From NCBI GenBank assembly GCA_001179505.1, contig CDMY01000574.1, positions 1-48,726 on the forward strand: DNA of 48,726 nt. The letters are read 5' to 3'. Below, piece after piece: positions 11,683 through 24,520 of this stretch. The stretch's first letter is position 1, and every line of letters begins with the position of its first letter. The position numbers were made by a program, and so were the translations under genes. Source of the stretch: Vitrella brassicaformis CCMP3155 (lineage: Eukaryota > Protista > Chromerida). The notes under the pieces are model-generated. The model did not search any database, had not been told where the DNA came from, and saw only the letters and a list, made by a program, of their open reading frames with translations.

Positions 11683-12426
11683 CTATCGAACCTGGCTTCT
11701 ATCGTACGAAAAGGATGCACCATTTGACATCTGAGCCATGCCATCTCATCAGACACCTCCTGTCATTGTGCTGAGTATCGAAGACAGACCCCATGGACAT
11801 GACCCCGGCACACTGGCACGCACACTAGCAGCCTGGGCTTCCAAGTCCGGCGCCTTTGTCTGCCCTTTAAGATCTGGGGAATGTAAAGCCCTTCGTGAAT
11901 GGGCAAGGCGAATGAGGCGGGTTTTTCCTCTCTCATCTTTCTTCTTCCGCGGACAACCGACAACCGAAAACTCATACATCCCCGAGAATCCAGAAAGGCA
12001 AATAACCCTGGGACCCCAGAGAATCGCCTAGCTTTTGCTTTTCTAGCTTATCAGGTAGACACATGAACGGGCGACGAAGGTGGTCTAAGCATCAGTCCAT
12101 ACCAAGCAAGCAAAGGGGAGCAATACTTGCAAAGACAATCGACAACGCTCGTTGTTGCGAACGAACACATGTCACACACTGCAAACAAGCATGAGACATG
12201 CAACACGATACACACATTCACAATATCCAGATCCCAGACAGCCACCTCGCAGCCCTAGAGCGGGGCTGTGAGGTGCCTGTTTTGTTTTGTCCTTTTTATT
12301 TTCCTTTGAGCGGCTTTTCTCCGTTCGACAGTGTGCGGAATGCGGGCACATCGTGCTGGACACTTCGGCCGATTTGGTTGCTGCCACCAGGGCTGTCTTC
12401 AGTGTGAAGACTTCAGTGTGAAGACT

Positions 12427-15400
12427 TCAGTGTGATGACTTCAGGAACAGAAAGGCTTTTCTGAGGATGTCTAAGGTGTCGTCTGAAAAGTGCACCACGA
12501 CATCTACAAGGCCGGCAGAAGTATGGACCTCGCTCTGTGCGGCTTGGGCAGGAATGATGCCTTCGATACGGGCGTCGCCATAGTTCTTCACCTCGGCCTT
12601 CACTCCCCCTATTCGCACCTCGACTGGCTTTCTTCGCTTCCCATTTGTGAAGCGGCGGCCTCCGATTACAAAGGGCTTTCCGTACTTCGCAGGGCCTCGC
12701 CACGGGGAAATATCGTATATCTCGGGCAAACTTCCGTTTTCCCTTTCAAATTCCGTCAATGCTTCGTTGCTCGGCGAAATGACACCAACGTCGCCGTACT
12801 TGTATCCCATCATTATGATGTTGCACCCCGGGGCGTATTGGATATCAAGGTAGTTCTCCACGTCCATTAGGTCGCTGCACATACACACACACCAACCAGA
12901 CACAGGTGGCACGAGATGCTGTGCAGTCACTCGAGTATTACTAACGTGACCAACAGCTCTTCATTGTTTTCATCGGGCAAGTCGACGAGGAATATATTTG
13001 TGTCCCATTTCGCCACAAGAAGGTCCCCGCGGAGCCTTCCGCCGAAGCAATCGCCCCTGAACTCGGTAACCCCCGTTGTGGATGATGGGATTGCCCAGCC
13101 CTCCGTGAAGTTCACGCCAGCTTCCATATACACACCGTGATACCTCGAGAATGCACCAAGTACAATGGACATAAAAAGATGGACCTGCATTGCTATAGGT
13201 ACCATTGTCTGGTGTCGTTCAAGTTGCGGGCTCGAGCAGGATTCGGGTGCCCATGGTAAGCTCCCTCGAAGGAACGAAAAATGCGGTCGGGAGAAAATAT
13301 GGGCGTGGAAAGAGTAGGCTGGCAGTTCTTGCTCATTTCGTCTTCAGAAACTGGCCAAGGCTTCGGCATAAAGACCGGATTCACGGCGGTCTCGCTCTTC
13401 ACTCTCGAGTCCAGCCTGCACTCGTCCCATGTGTCGAAATCCTGTGGTGTGCATCCTCTCGCTTGTGGAGGTCCAGTAACCGGCACACCAGACCCAAGAT
13501 TCGGACCTGAAAAGTCCGTTGTTAGGTCTAACGCAAAGCATTCGTTGCGGAGTGTACCATTCATGATAATGTAGGTTTCCTCTGCACAAGTTATTCAGAC
13601 AGACGGACAGACGGACAGACAGCATTTTTCCGTGTGTCAGGCAGTCTCTGGTTCCACCATTTGTGGTGAAGACACTGTCGTAGTTATTCCTCAAACCTGA
13701 TGACCAGATCGAGATGCCAACCACCGAGTCCGCAAGGGCATAGCGGTCGCCTTCTAGCTGTTGCAGCCCAGAGACGACAGAGTGCGTGCCTCAGGCTTCC
13801 GGGCATCTTCTTCCTTTTGCAACGTACCTGGTTGGGCTTTTCAACGAGTTCACCTGTCTTGTAATACTTATACTTGATTCGCTTGGTCAGTTTCGGGTTG
13901 CGTACCTCTACCTACGCACGAACGCAAGCACAGGAGCAGAGGCGCCGTCAGCGAGAGAAATGACGCGCAGCGGAGAGTGATGCTAGTTCCTGATCATTTT
14001 CAATTTGCCTGCCTTCATGAGTGACCCAGTGAGAGGAGATTCTGGCAAGCCGCCAAGAGTGCAGCCTAAGTTGAGCGAGACACGACGTAGACAGTAGAAT
14101 AATGCCGCAGTGACTATCATGACGGTGACCTACCAGGCCAGCCGGCGTTCGTCATGCTCCCCATATTTGCATAAAGGTTGCCGTCGTTATCGAAGTGTAG
14201 CCCATTGACGCTGTGGTCGCAGTTCGACTAAGGCAAATTTTCGAGAAGTGTCGTCTCTTGTGAGAAGCCCGGCCCGGACAGGCGAGAAATCCGTGCCGGA
14301 AAAGGCACGTAACATAGGCTTTCATTGAAACAGGGATACCCCTGCTTCCACCAATAGAAGAAAGGAGCATGCGCAACGTAAAGGTGCGGATCCTCAGGGT
14401 CTTGCGTGGGGTCGACTGAGCAACACAAATAAGAAGAGAGACAGTGCGTGTGTCCTGTGCGTTGTATGGAATGTCTTATCGCACATTGGATGCCGGCAAT
14501 ACTATCATCGGGATACTTCTTTTTGATCGCATCGTAAGCCTGGAATGAGCTCTTGTCCACCTCGTCATTACTCTTGAAGGCTACGCTCAACACTTGCCCA
14601 TTCACTGTTCCCATAAACAGTGTCTTTCCGTCTTGCGCCCAGACTCCAGTTGAAATAGACCCGCCTTGCAGTACTTGCGGGGCCACATCTATCCTCTTCC
14701 CCTTCGGCTTCCCTTCGGCTTCCCTTCACCTCCCTGACGATGCCCTCCTCCGAGTCGCTCGACGACGTTGAGAACCTCCTTCATCTTCTGGAAGGCGATC
14801 CCCTCTAAGCTGCCGCCAGCTTTTGCCGTATGCATGATGCGTTTCGCATTTGACTCGGAATCTCCATCGATGCTCACTTTAATCTGGCTCACGCTGCCCT
14901 CATGAAGCTAGCATCAAACACATATCCAACAGTTGGAGAAAGAGAAAACATGGTGGGACGGGCTGACATACAGATGGTGTTCTGAGTTCAATTCGCATTC
15001 CATTCCAGCTTATAATGCCTGGCGAATCGCCTGAATCCCCTTTCGGCACATCCATCCGACGGAAGACCTTCTCATTTAAATGAAGGATGCCCTTTTCCCT
15101 TGTCTAGAGCGATAAGAGGGCACACCTGCAGGAGACCCCTATACCGCCTCTTTCTGACTCCTTCCTTGTGGCGCCAAAAATCCGACTCCATCTAGAGAAA
15201 TTGTCCCTCCATCGGGATGTACGCGGTCAGGGTCAATCTTGTTGATGAACCTGAGAACGGATGCGCATGCTCTTTGGGAAGCCGTGGACGGTGTGCCTGT
15301 CTTACGGCAGCCATGATCGCTGGCTGTGTTTCCACTGCCACCTGCGGCCCTTGGTGCGCACGTCAACTTTGAGGGGAAATGTTGTGGCTTCTTCAATAAG

Positions 15401-17250
15401 CCACCGGACCTCTACATTTGGTCTTGAATTCTTGCTCATTGGGATGGTAATGAATTTCCTGTCGTTGTCAGCGTCGAAGAACATGTATCTGGTGCCGTCT
15501 ACCCATACAGCAGCTTTTTCACCGCCTTTCACCCTTATGCTGGGAGGAGGCCCATCGTTGTCGTCAAGCTCAAAAATCGCCTTTGAGCAGAAGCACCCAG
15601 AGACAGAGAAGCAGAGCAGACAGTGCATGGAGGCAGTTAATTGGCGCCATCACCAGCCATGCATACCAGTGCTCTGATGAGGAGGTTCTCCTTGAGTGTC
15701 CAGTCCATGAAGCTTTCATACTGTGTGTCCGGAGCCACTCCGCACACCTCGAACGGCGACTGTCCCTGCTTGATGCTTCCACTTTCAGCCAGTGCGACAG
15801 CACTGGATGTAACCCAGCTGGGTACCAGTGTTTCACCACCGTCCGTGAGGCTGAAGGCACCAGATAAAGTCTCACTGTTGGCCGTCCATTCCAACCAGGA
15901 CTTGCGCGCTTGGGGGAACGAGAGATTGTAGATGGCCAATGCGCAACCGGGGACCTCATCCACAGATGCTACCAGGACTTCCTTCTCCAACGAAGCGGTT
16001 TGTCCATTTCTGTCGCCGACAGTCACCTCGAAATTGTGCGTGCCGATGGGGATGCGCGGTCGCGCAGTCCGCTCGCAATTACTCTCATGTTCCTCACAAG
16101 TCTGGCAAAGGCATGCCGATGTGCGACACAGAGCAGAAAGATAAGAACAACGTCGGACTCGGACTCTGCAAGTCCAATCATCCTTACTGATTCCTTGATG
16201 GTTTGGCCGTTGAGTTGGAAACTGTAGCTGACCAGAGATTGTCCCCACTCATGTGTGTGAGATGCCGATGCCTGCAGATTTGCCATTGGATACCGAACAT
16301 ATGCACACTGCTGGCCTGGTAACTCGTCCCGGATCGGCCCGAAGGTGTCTGCTCAAATTGCTGGCTCACGTCAAAAAAGATAGATTCGTGGCCGTCTCCA
16401 TCATAGTCGACTGCTAATACATCCGATTTGAGCTCTGCATGCAGAAACGCTCCTCTCTTCGTTGCAACGAAGAGAGGAGGGAACTCTCGTCCCACGATAG
16501 CGGCAACTGTCGTGCCTCTAAAGGGTCCCGCTTCATCGAGGATGAACGAGAAGTCCATGGATGTCGACGTATCCCCGTAAGATGTGCCTCGCGAAAGCGC
16601 TGCGCTCAAGTTCCTACCAGACAGCTGCAACATGGCCAACAAGAAAGCCAACTCCTTATTTTGACATTTTCCCAGGCAGATGTTCCCCGGCTTGCCTCGA
16701 TTGCACCACTCCTGCTTCCAACGGCGACGATGCGGTCGATGGCATTCTCATCTGCTGGTGCCGACTGCTGGTGGGAAGGAGTCCTACTGTCGGCCACGAA
16801 TAGAACCCACACCTGCACACTCAGGGGATTTGTGCTCCAAGGAGCGCGTGCTGACGAGAAAGCACAAGTGCAATGCCTACATCTCTCCGAATGCGGAGAA
16901 AGCCAACATGTGGAAGGTCGTCAATCGACTGATCTCCACGCCATTTCACTGTCACAGTGACATTTTCTTTTGGTTGAATCCCTTCGATGAGATGCCTCTC
17001 TTTGTTTGGGAGCGTGACAGCGAATGCGGATGCGTCTCCCTCCAAGATCGGGTAAAGTCGACCCGACGGGCGATCTGCATTCTCGTTGGTTAACAGGAAG
17101 GTCACCTCAGATAAATGTGGGGATAGGTAGAACGTCGGGTAGGGCTCTGTGGCATGTAAAGGTGCTGAGGCTGAAGAGATAGATAAGGCGATGGAAGGCC
17201 ATTCGGGCTTGTACTGCCGTCTGCTACCTACACGTACAAACGCAACATAA
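12427..17250 (-). pseudogene. Multi-exon gene: ASH/Ig-like, PKD-like, PA14-like, IPT/TIG, glucose/sorbosone-dehydrogenase-like beta-propeller, IPT/TIG; two apparent lesions
   Basis: Hand-spliced motifs AVDYDGDGHE/ASHTHEWGQSLVSY, GTHNFEVTVGD, FINKIDP...GGTISLDGVGF, SNCDHSVNGLHFDNDGNLY...TNAG, SGLRN, YHGHPN, SSTTGVTE...LRGDL and ISPWRGP...GG. Lesions are an in-frame TAG at 14228-14230 and an 11-bp duplication at 14706-14727. Confidence 0.8.
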
Positions 17251-17421
17251 ATGCACCGTGTCTCGTCTATTCGGGAATTACCCTTGCTGACGTCGGATAT
17301 ACGTGTTGACAGATTTGGACGGTACACCCGCAGAGACCCATCTGTTCCGGTGAAGTATGTGCCAGGGGGAACATCTGAGACACAACAGCAAGCATATGGG
17401 CGGCAGCCATGTATGTCGCCC

Positions 17422-18486
17422 TCAAACCGGACCGGTTAGAGAGATTTCTGCTGGTGGGAGGGGGCCCTTGCTCCACTCTCGTGTGTCGTTTGCTCCATTC
17501 CCAGAAGGGCCGTCGTCGCTTGCCGCCGCAGCACACGGCCGCTCCGCAACTTGATTGAGGAAGTATGAGAAGTGCTCTTTGTCACCATCAACAGCGATCC
17601 ATGGCAGGCCTCTTAGTTCTTGGAGCATTCTTTCCGCCTTGGTTTTCCGTCTCTCGCAAAGGAAGCGCGATGGGAGGAGCTCGACCACTACTGTTGTCGG
17701 TAAGCCCCCTTCGTAGGTGCTTCCGACGAGGATCAGGTAATCATCAATGGCCGCTGCCACATGAGGCGCACGGACGAGCTTCGCAGCAGGTCCCGATCTC
17801 CACCTGTTATTGTCAACTTCATAGATGGTTACATCGGCAGGATCATTTCCACTAGTGGCATCGCTGGTGCGACCGCTGAACAGATAGATTTCTCCGTCAA
17901 AGAGGGATGCGATGTAGGGCGGCTCTGGAACTGGTGAGGGGGGACGCATGGATTTCTGCAGCCATGATGATGTAGACGGATCGAAGAGCGCCGTCCGCGC
18001 CAGTCCACGGCACAGCACATACGTCGTGCCCTGTCACAGAAAGAAACGAGAACTCCCGATTCTGTCTAAGACAAACGGTCAACATCTACCTTATACATAA
18101 TGTCCACCGCTGGCTCGCAAGGAGGGTCCGTCTCAGGACTCGTGTGACCGGCACCGGAATCCTTCATTTTAGGCGTCACGTGGTCATGTTTGGTCCATAT
18201 CCCTCGTTGCACACCGCAGGGTAGGACAGAAAGACGCCAGGCACCAACAGGAACTCTCTCACCTCGTAGCCGAACCACCGGACCATCTTCAAGATTCGAG
18301 GTGCTGGGGATTGCCACGTCTGTAGCGCACAGGTGAAAACCCTTGATAGCATCAGGGACCTCTCCAGGACTGGCCGCTTCTCGAAGATACACGGGAGGCG
18401 GAGACGGAGAGGAACCAGGCAAGGCCATGTTTCCTACGACGCAACCCCATGACAGAGACTGGATGGAAATGGGCATTGCCTACCAT
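17422..18486 (-). CDS. Kelch-repeat protein exons; possibly the N-terminus of the 12427-17250 gene
   Basis: Spliced MYK|GTTYVLCRG...FDPSTSSW, LFDGEIYLFSG...YEVDNNRW and AAAIDDYLILVGS are Kelch blade patterns. Putative ATG at 18486. The link to the downstream exons is unresolved. Confidence 0.65.
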
Positions 18487-18795
18487 ATGTCAGGGTCCAA
18501 AAAGTAAAGGACAGACAGTGTGAGAATGCCTTGTCCCGGGTCATTGCGCCTGTTAAACTTTACGGCCAACATCGTAACGCTCCCGTAGTACAGTAACGAT
18601 CATCATGGATCGCATGCTCCTTCATGCAGCTTGCTGAGCTTCGCCAGCTCTTCACGCAGGCAGTCACTTTTGATAGCGCCACGTAGTGGCAAGAGGAGTC
18701 GATGACTGCAACGACGCCTCCCGCCATCCGGTCCGTATCCTTGTCACTGTGACACCCATCCAGCGCACCTCCCAGCAACCCTCCCAGGCCGCACA

Positions 18796-21338
18796 ATGGC
18801 ATCGCCAGACTCAGATGGGCACTCCTGGCACCAAGCAGGTGAGGTCAGTGATGAGGGAGATGGATATGCACGTGCACTGAGGACACCCGCGCGACACATG
18901 CAAAATGGACGTTTGGCGCTATGGGACCAGAGGCCGAATGATGGTGCCATGGCTGTGTACGAAGTGAACTCCACATACCAGATGGTCGACAGGTGAAGAA
19001 ATCACTAGAGCAACAACAGCATTCTTCTTTTCAATGCAAGATTTGACCAGACACCAAATGGGTCACGGCTACCCTTTAGACTATCATAACGCATTCTTTC
19101 ATGAGGAGGGCAACACGATCCTGACAGGCAAGACCAAAGTCAATGGCGTCCTGCACAACGGTCAGACAGCAAGCAAGAAGGCAGTGGGGCTGTATGTGTG
19201 CCCTGTGTGCACATGTTCTTCCCCTTGTTTCAGTGGTGCATGTGTTAGACGCCAGCACGGATGTGCTCCTGGAGTGGCGCAGCATCGATGATTTCATTGA
19301 CGATGCCGATCCCATCTTGCCGGGGGAGCCGGATAATGGAGATGTACGTGCCAGTTGCTCATTATAATAGTGTCTACATGTCTGCTTCCCCGCGTGCGTA
19401 TGCCAGGTGTATCACATCAATAATGCCGAACGGACGCCGGACGGTGAGCGCGGTCAGCAAACCGCATATCGTTAAACCGCATATCGTTGACCAGACTGTA
19501 TTTCGCCTGACGGCAGGCAATTTGATCATCTCACTGCGGACCTGCAACCTGGTCTTGCTGATCAGTGGCAAGACAGGCAGAATCTTGTGGCGCATGGGCG
19601 GTCGGACCAGGTACTTCACTACAGGGGGCTGATGGTTGCTCCACGGTGTGGCTGTCCTTTTCTGTTTTCACGTAGTGACTTCACCTTCATCGGCGAGGAC
19701 ATGGATCCTCCCTTCTTCGGCCAGCACGATGCGCGACAGATGGCGAATGGGAACATCATCATGTAGGCTCGGTGTTGGTGCAGACGAATATATGCTGTTG
19801 TCACAGGTATGACAACGGGCGTCGGTGGGACATTGGCGGAATGAGACCCTCACGAGTGCTCGAGTTGAAGTTGGACCTAGAGAAGATGACCGCCACACGA
19901 GTGTGGTCCTTCACTCACCCATCCAAGTGATCCGCACGTACAGAGGGCGAAAGGGACAAAACAGAACGGCCCCTGTGTTATGTCGGTAGGCTGAGCAGCA
20001 TGTGCTGCGGTGGCATCCAAATTGTCGACAACGGCAAGTGAGACGCACACGAGGATCAGGGTCCATCTGCCAGGTCACGTGGGCGGATCATTTCTCAGGG
20101 GCAGGCCCCAAACCGTGCTAATAGGATGGGGCAATGGAGGGCCTTTCTTCACCGAAGTGACGCATGAGGATCGCCCCCGCATAGTTCGCGAATTCGAAGG
20201 CCTTGCTGCGCATCAGCCATTGCTGCACCACTGGGAGGGTTCCTCGACAGAACGACCGAGGCTCCTTCTCTGCAGCGATGCCAACATGCAAGCTGTTGAG
20301 GGTTCCCGATCAACTGTCGGGCTCCAGGACTGGACAATTCACTTTTCATTCAATGGCGTTACAGGTAGGGACGCCGACCAATGTATGCACTTGACCTGTC
20401 TCTCTGCCTACCAGGGATCAGCAAGTGGCGGCTTTACGTCGGCAATGACAGTGATGTGTCTCTCCAGCGGCCCCTCATCGAGCGAACGAAGACGGCTTTC
20501 GAAGAGATCATCACACTTCAGGAGCTCGTCGACTCGATGGCGGCCAAAAACGTCACTCCTACAGGCGACAGCAATGCCACGTTTACGGACCTGTACGTCC
20601 GAGTGGTGCCCGTCAAACGTGGTGGCGAGCTTCTCAGGCCCTCAAAGGCACTCAAGGGTGGGCCAACGACAGAACACACGTCGTGGACTTGCTTGAGTCT
20701 TGTTGCTATTGCCGTTGTCAGTCCCGATGGCCGTGTCGTCCCCTTCAGCCCAGCCAGTCCCCTGCAGCTGCTACCAGCCCGACATCGGCCTGCGAAAGCA
20801 CCTGGCTAGACCAAAACAGCAGAGAGTGCGGCGAATGCGGAAGCGAGAACGGGATAGCATCATCGTCGACATGGCGGACGTCAATGACTGTGCCAAATCA
20901 TGTGTGGCCAGCGCTGGGTGCGGGACATTCTTCTTCTGGGAAGACACAGCCGAATGTGAGCTGAGCAAAAGGAAGTATGAAGAGAAAACGGGGGGAAGGA
21001 TGAAGCTCCACTCAGTAGGGGGAGTCATTTCTGGGAGGAAGAGGTGCCTACAGCATTCACAGGTGTTAGAGGTTAGCGCACGTGATTATGTAGATACATG
21101 AATGGGAGAAGAAGCTCGTCTAAGCACAAGCGTCGAAACGGTTGGAGAAACTGAACCGCCAGTTGAGAGACGATGGGAAGGAACGAAAATTCGGGACTCG
21201 CCAGCCAGCTTGCTCGCCGGGGGCACGCTCCTCCCATTGCTTTGCGTTGGTTCTGTTGATCTATGCATCTACCCACTCGTCACAGCATCCAGGCGGCAGA
21301 CACCCGACCACTACAAGACGGCCGTGATCCTGGCCTAG
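18796..21338 (+). CDS. Arylsulfotransferase (ASST family) fused to a C-terminal PAN/Apple domain
   Basis: Consistent GT-AG model: LDYHN, EWRSID, D|VYHINN, NLIISLRTCN...ILWRMGG, FGQHDARQ...YDNG, VLIGWG...FTEV, FSFNGVT|GISKW, KTAFEE. It continues as CSC...DCAKSCVASAGCGTFFF...CEL...SGRKRC. Start codon and last exon are uncertain. Confidence 0.88.
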
Positions 21339-22562
21339 CTATAGCTGGCCACGAGATGGCCGGCCACATGCACATCAAATTGAGCGGGTCTGTGGCATTC
21401 TTGCTGGATGCATCGATAAAACTTTGCCGTTTCGACGGCATGGCATGATGTTTCGCATGAGAGTTCAGCAGACATGTCTCGACGGTCTCACCAGTTGTTG
21501 CTGCAGGGCTTGACGCACTGTACAACGCCTCATTTGGGTGGAAACGGCAATCTTTCGTGTTCGGGAGGGTGCAGGTTGGCCAAATCTGACTCTGCGACAT
21601 CCTGAAAAACCCTGTGGGTGAGACGCTCATCCGGGCTGCGGCCTTCTGTCGCTGCCTGGCTCATGCTGACGACGGCAAAGACGAGCCCGATGACAACCGA
21701 CACCGCTTTCGTCCCGAAAGCCCTTCAACGGTTGCGGGCAAACAAGGGGCCTTTTCAATAAATGGGGATGGAAGTTTGCAGGAGTGAAAGATTGAATGCA
21801 GTGGAATGGTCTGGTGAACGGAAGAGGTGTGTGTGTGTGTGTGCGTGATATGAAAATGGAGATTGAAAATGCAAGCAGTCGCATCCACAAATACACAGAC
21901 TCACTGATCTCCGGGGTCCAACAATGAAAGAACATTTGATCGAGGAGAAAAAGCATGAGGGCAACTCATGCTTTTCAGGGTTTTTCACGCACGTGGGCTT
22001 CTGTTTGTGTCAATCTTCCCCCTCCCCCGTCATAACCAGAGGCAAGCGCAAATGTATTCTTTTCTAAGCGTGGCAAAAGAGACCCGCCACTTGACACGTG
22101 CGACGATACCAAAAACAAAAAAGGTAGGCACCGAACGTGACAGGGTGGCAACAGAGAGGCACGGGAGACAGACAGGGAAGGAGGGAGAGAGGGAGGGACG
22201 CGACAGCAAAGGACATGATGTGAAGGCGACATAATGAATGCCTCACAGGTACACAACACACCGCTACTGGTGCGACACAACCAAAGACGAGGAGCGGCGG
22301 ATTAGCTCCAGTACAGCTTTAACAAACAGTACGCAAGCACTCTTACTGTAACAGCTCAGGACCTATCCCTTTTACCTCACAACTGATCTGCACAAAGCAA
22401 ACACCTTTGCACTGCACCGATGCTTTGCTGACCCACTCAACATAGCCACATCAACATGCCTTGTTGTCCCGCTGACTATATCGCTAAAATGTATATGATA
22501 CAAAGCAAACCTCTCTCAACGTTCTCGCTCTATCTAGAGGCACTCACGTATCCCCACTAGCC

Positions 22563-23330
22563 TGTATGTGTAGTGGAGAGACGATGTTGTGGAGAGACGA
22601 CAGAAGAGCAGATAGAGCAACGATGTGATGGAATGCAGTGGAGAGACGCCAGATCATCTTTTGCGCGAAAGAGGTTGGGAGACGGCTTCGTGGCGCCGTT
22701 TGACTTCTGCCTCCGCCTGCAAAGCTGTTTGTTTTGGCTACTGAGATGGCATTGGGTTTTCAAAGAAACATTTTTCATGCGCTTTGAGGGGCAGACGTCA
22801 CAGTGGCGGTCTCCTTCTGGTGCGTTCAATTCGGTGCCTTTTCGCTATTGCTTTCGCTGTTGTGCCCAAAGCGTGCTCTATGGGTTCCTTTGCTAGTGTG
22901 TGGCCCTCTACGTGCCTTCTGCAGTGTCCCTTTGGTTCTCTCTCTGTTTGTCTTGGTGTGTTGGTGTGTTCCCCGCTTCTGGTGCTGTTTGCTGCTGTTT
23001 TCACCGTTTTTTTCGCTCGTCCTGGACGCCCCTGAGGTGGGGGGGTCTGCTGGGAGCTGCTGGTGTGCCGAAAAGCTTCCCCCAAATGGATGGAACTTTT
23101 TCCACGGGTTTTTTGCAAAAGCCCTCTACGTGCCTTCTGGAGTGTCCCATTGGTTCTCTCTCTGTTTGTCTTGGTGTGTTCCCCGCTTCTGGTGCTGTTT
23201 GCTGCTGTCTTCACCGTTTTTTTCGCTCGTCCTGGATGCCCCTGAGGTGGGGGGGTCTGCTGTGAGCTGCTGGTGTGCTGAAAAGCTACCCCCAAATGGA
23301 TGGAACTTTTTCCACGGGTTTTTGGCAAAA
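22563..23330 (+). repeat. Repeat E, copy B, running into a ~215-bp tandem duplication (22903-23120 and 23121-23330)
   Basis: Homologous to copies A and C. The two direct repeats begin gccctctacgtgccttct and end ...ccacgggttttt(t)gcaaaa / ggcaaaa. Confidence 0.85.
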
Positions 23331-24520
23331 GCTCGCCAAAGCTCGCGCTAGGATGTCGATGGGCAGCATGGCTGCCCATCCAGGGCCGTCCGAGTAGCAA
23401 TGCATCCACATATATGAACCAATCATGCATGCCATCCGTGTATGATGAAATGCGTGTGCATGGACTGACTCGCCCCCATGATGGCCAACATGAATGGATT
23501 GCGGGGCCCCGTACGGTGACCTTTACGGAATGTGTGCACTCTACCTCACGTCAACCACGAGAGGTAGGAGTTCACATCCGTGAGAGGACATCGTCACCGC
23601 GGACCGGCACATCTTCACTGGTATGTGAGCATGAGCACACACTCGTCACCCTGCGTCCTTGTCATGCTTGGTTTTTCTATGCCACAGTGTGTCGTGTCCA
23701 GCAACACTCTCACATCCAAACAAGGCACTGTGGCCTACCTAGCGCGGTGGGGGAGGACACATGCCATCACCACCTACCCTCTGACGGGGGAGATCTGTTC
23801 GGATCATGTTGTGTTCACCTGTTTTCAGCGTACCTGTGTTGACGTCAACCCAGTCGGTCGATGGCCTCTTCCTGAGGACTTCCACCATACGACTGACTGG
23901 TACGTGTGCTGCCTACCACTGCTGTATCGGTTTTGGCATGTATTCGCTGCCTCCATGCTGGTGTATGCAAACTAACCAACCCGTGTGTCGAGTGCTGTCT
24001 GGCGTGTCCCGCGATGGAGCGCAGACCAACCACCTGACAACTGGTACACACCACACCAGTCATCCCACCTACCTATCACACTTACTCGTGCACCACACGC
24101 ACCCTGGCTGTCTGCTCATGTCTCTGTGTTGTGTTGTGGTGTGGTGTGACATCAGGGTGGGTGTCGTGTCACTTGAGTGGGCCAACCCACACGTGGGCTG
24201 CGTGTGGCCCCTGCTCGCATAGGGTACGTCACACCACCACACCTCACCCATCACACACACACATATTGGGGTACATGGGTGTGGACGGTTGGTTTGGTTG
24301 TGTGCGCGGTGTGCGGTGTGTGGTGTGGATGTGTGGTGTGGTGCGCAGGCGTGTCTGTTTGGTTTCGTACGGACCGTGCGTGTGGTGTGATCGTTAACGT
24401 CAACAACACCTCCCCCGACGTTCTCTCGTCATCACTCTCTCCATTGCCGGCATCTCACCAACACACCAGACGCGGAAACGCAACGTGACGCTGCCCAAAT
24501 ACCTCGACTTCCGCGACTGA

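Noticed and set aside
14228-14230. TAG reassignment or alternative genetic code, or TAG as a splice acceptor
   Set aside because: TAG ends the paralog at 11680-11682, no other gene here needs readthrough, and the upstream codons match the conserved motif, so they are not intronic.
23580-23905. Kinase-like fragments (GTVAYLAR; ...TTDW)
   Set aside because: No HRD, DFG or APE motif can be assembled; the resemblance is too weak.
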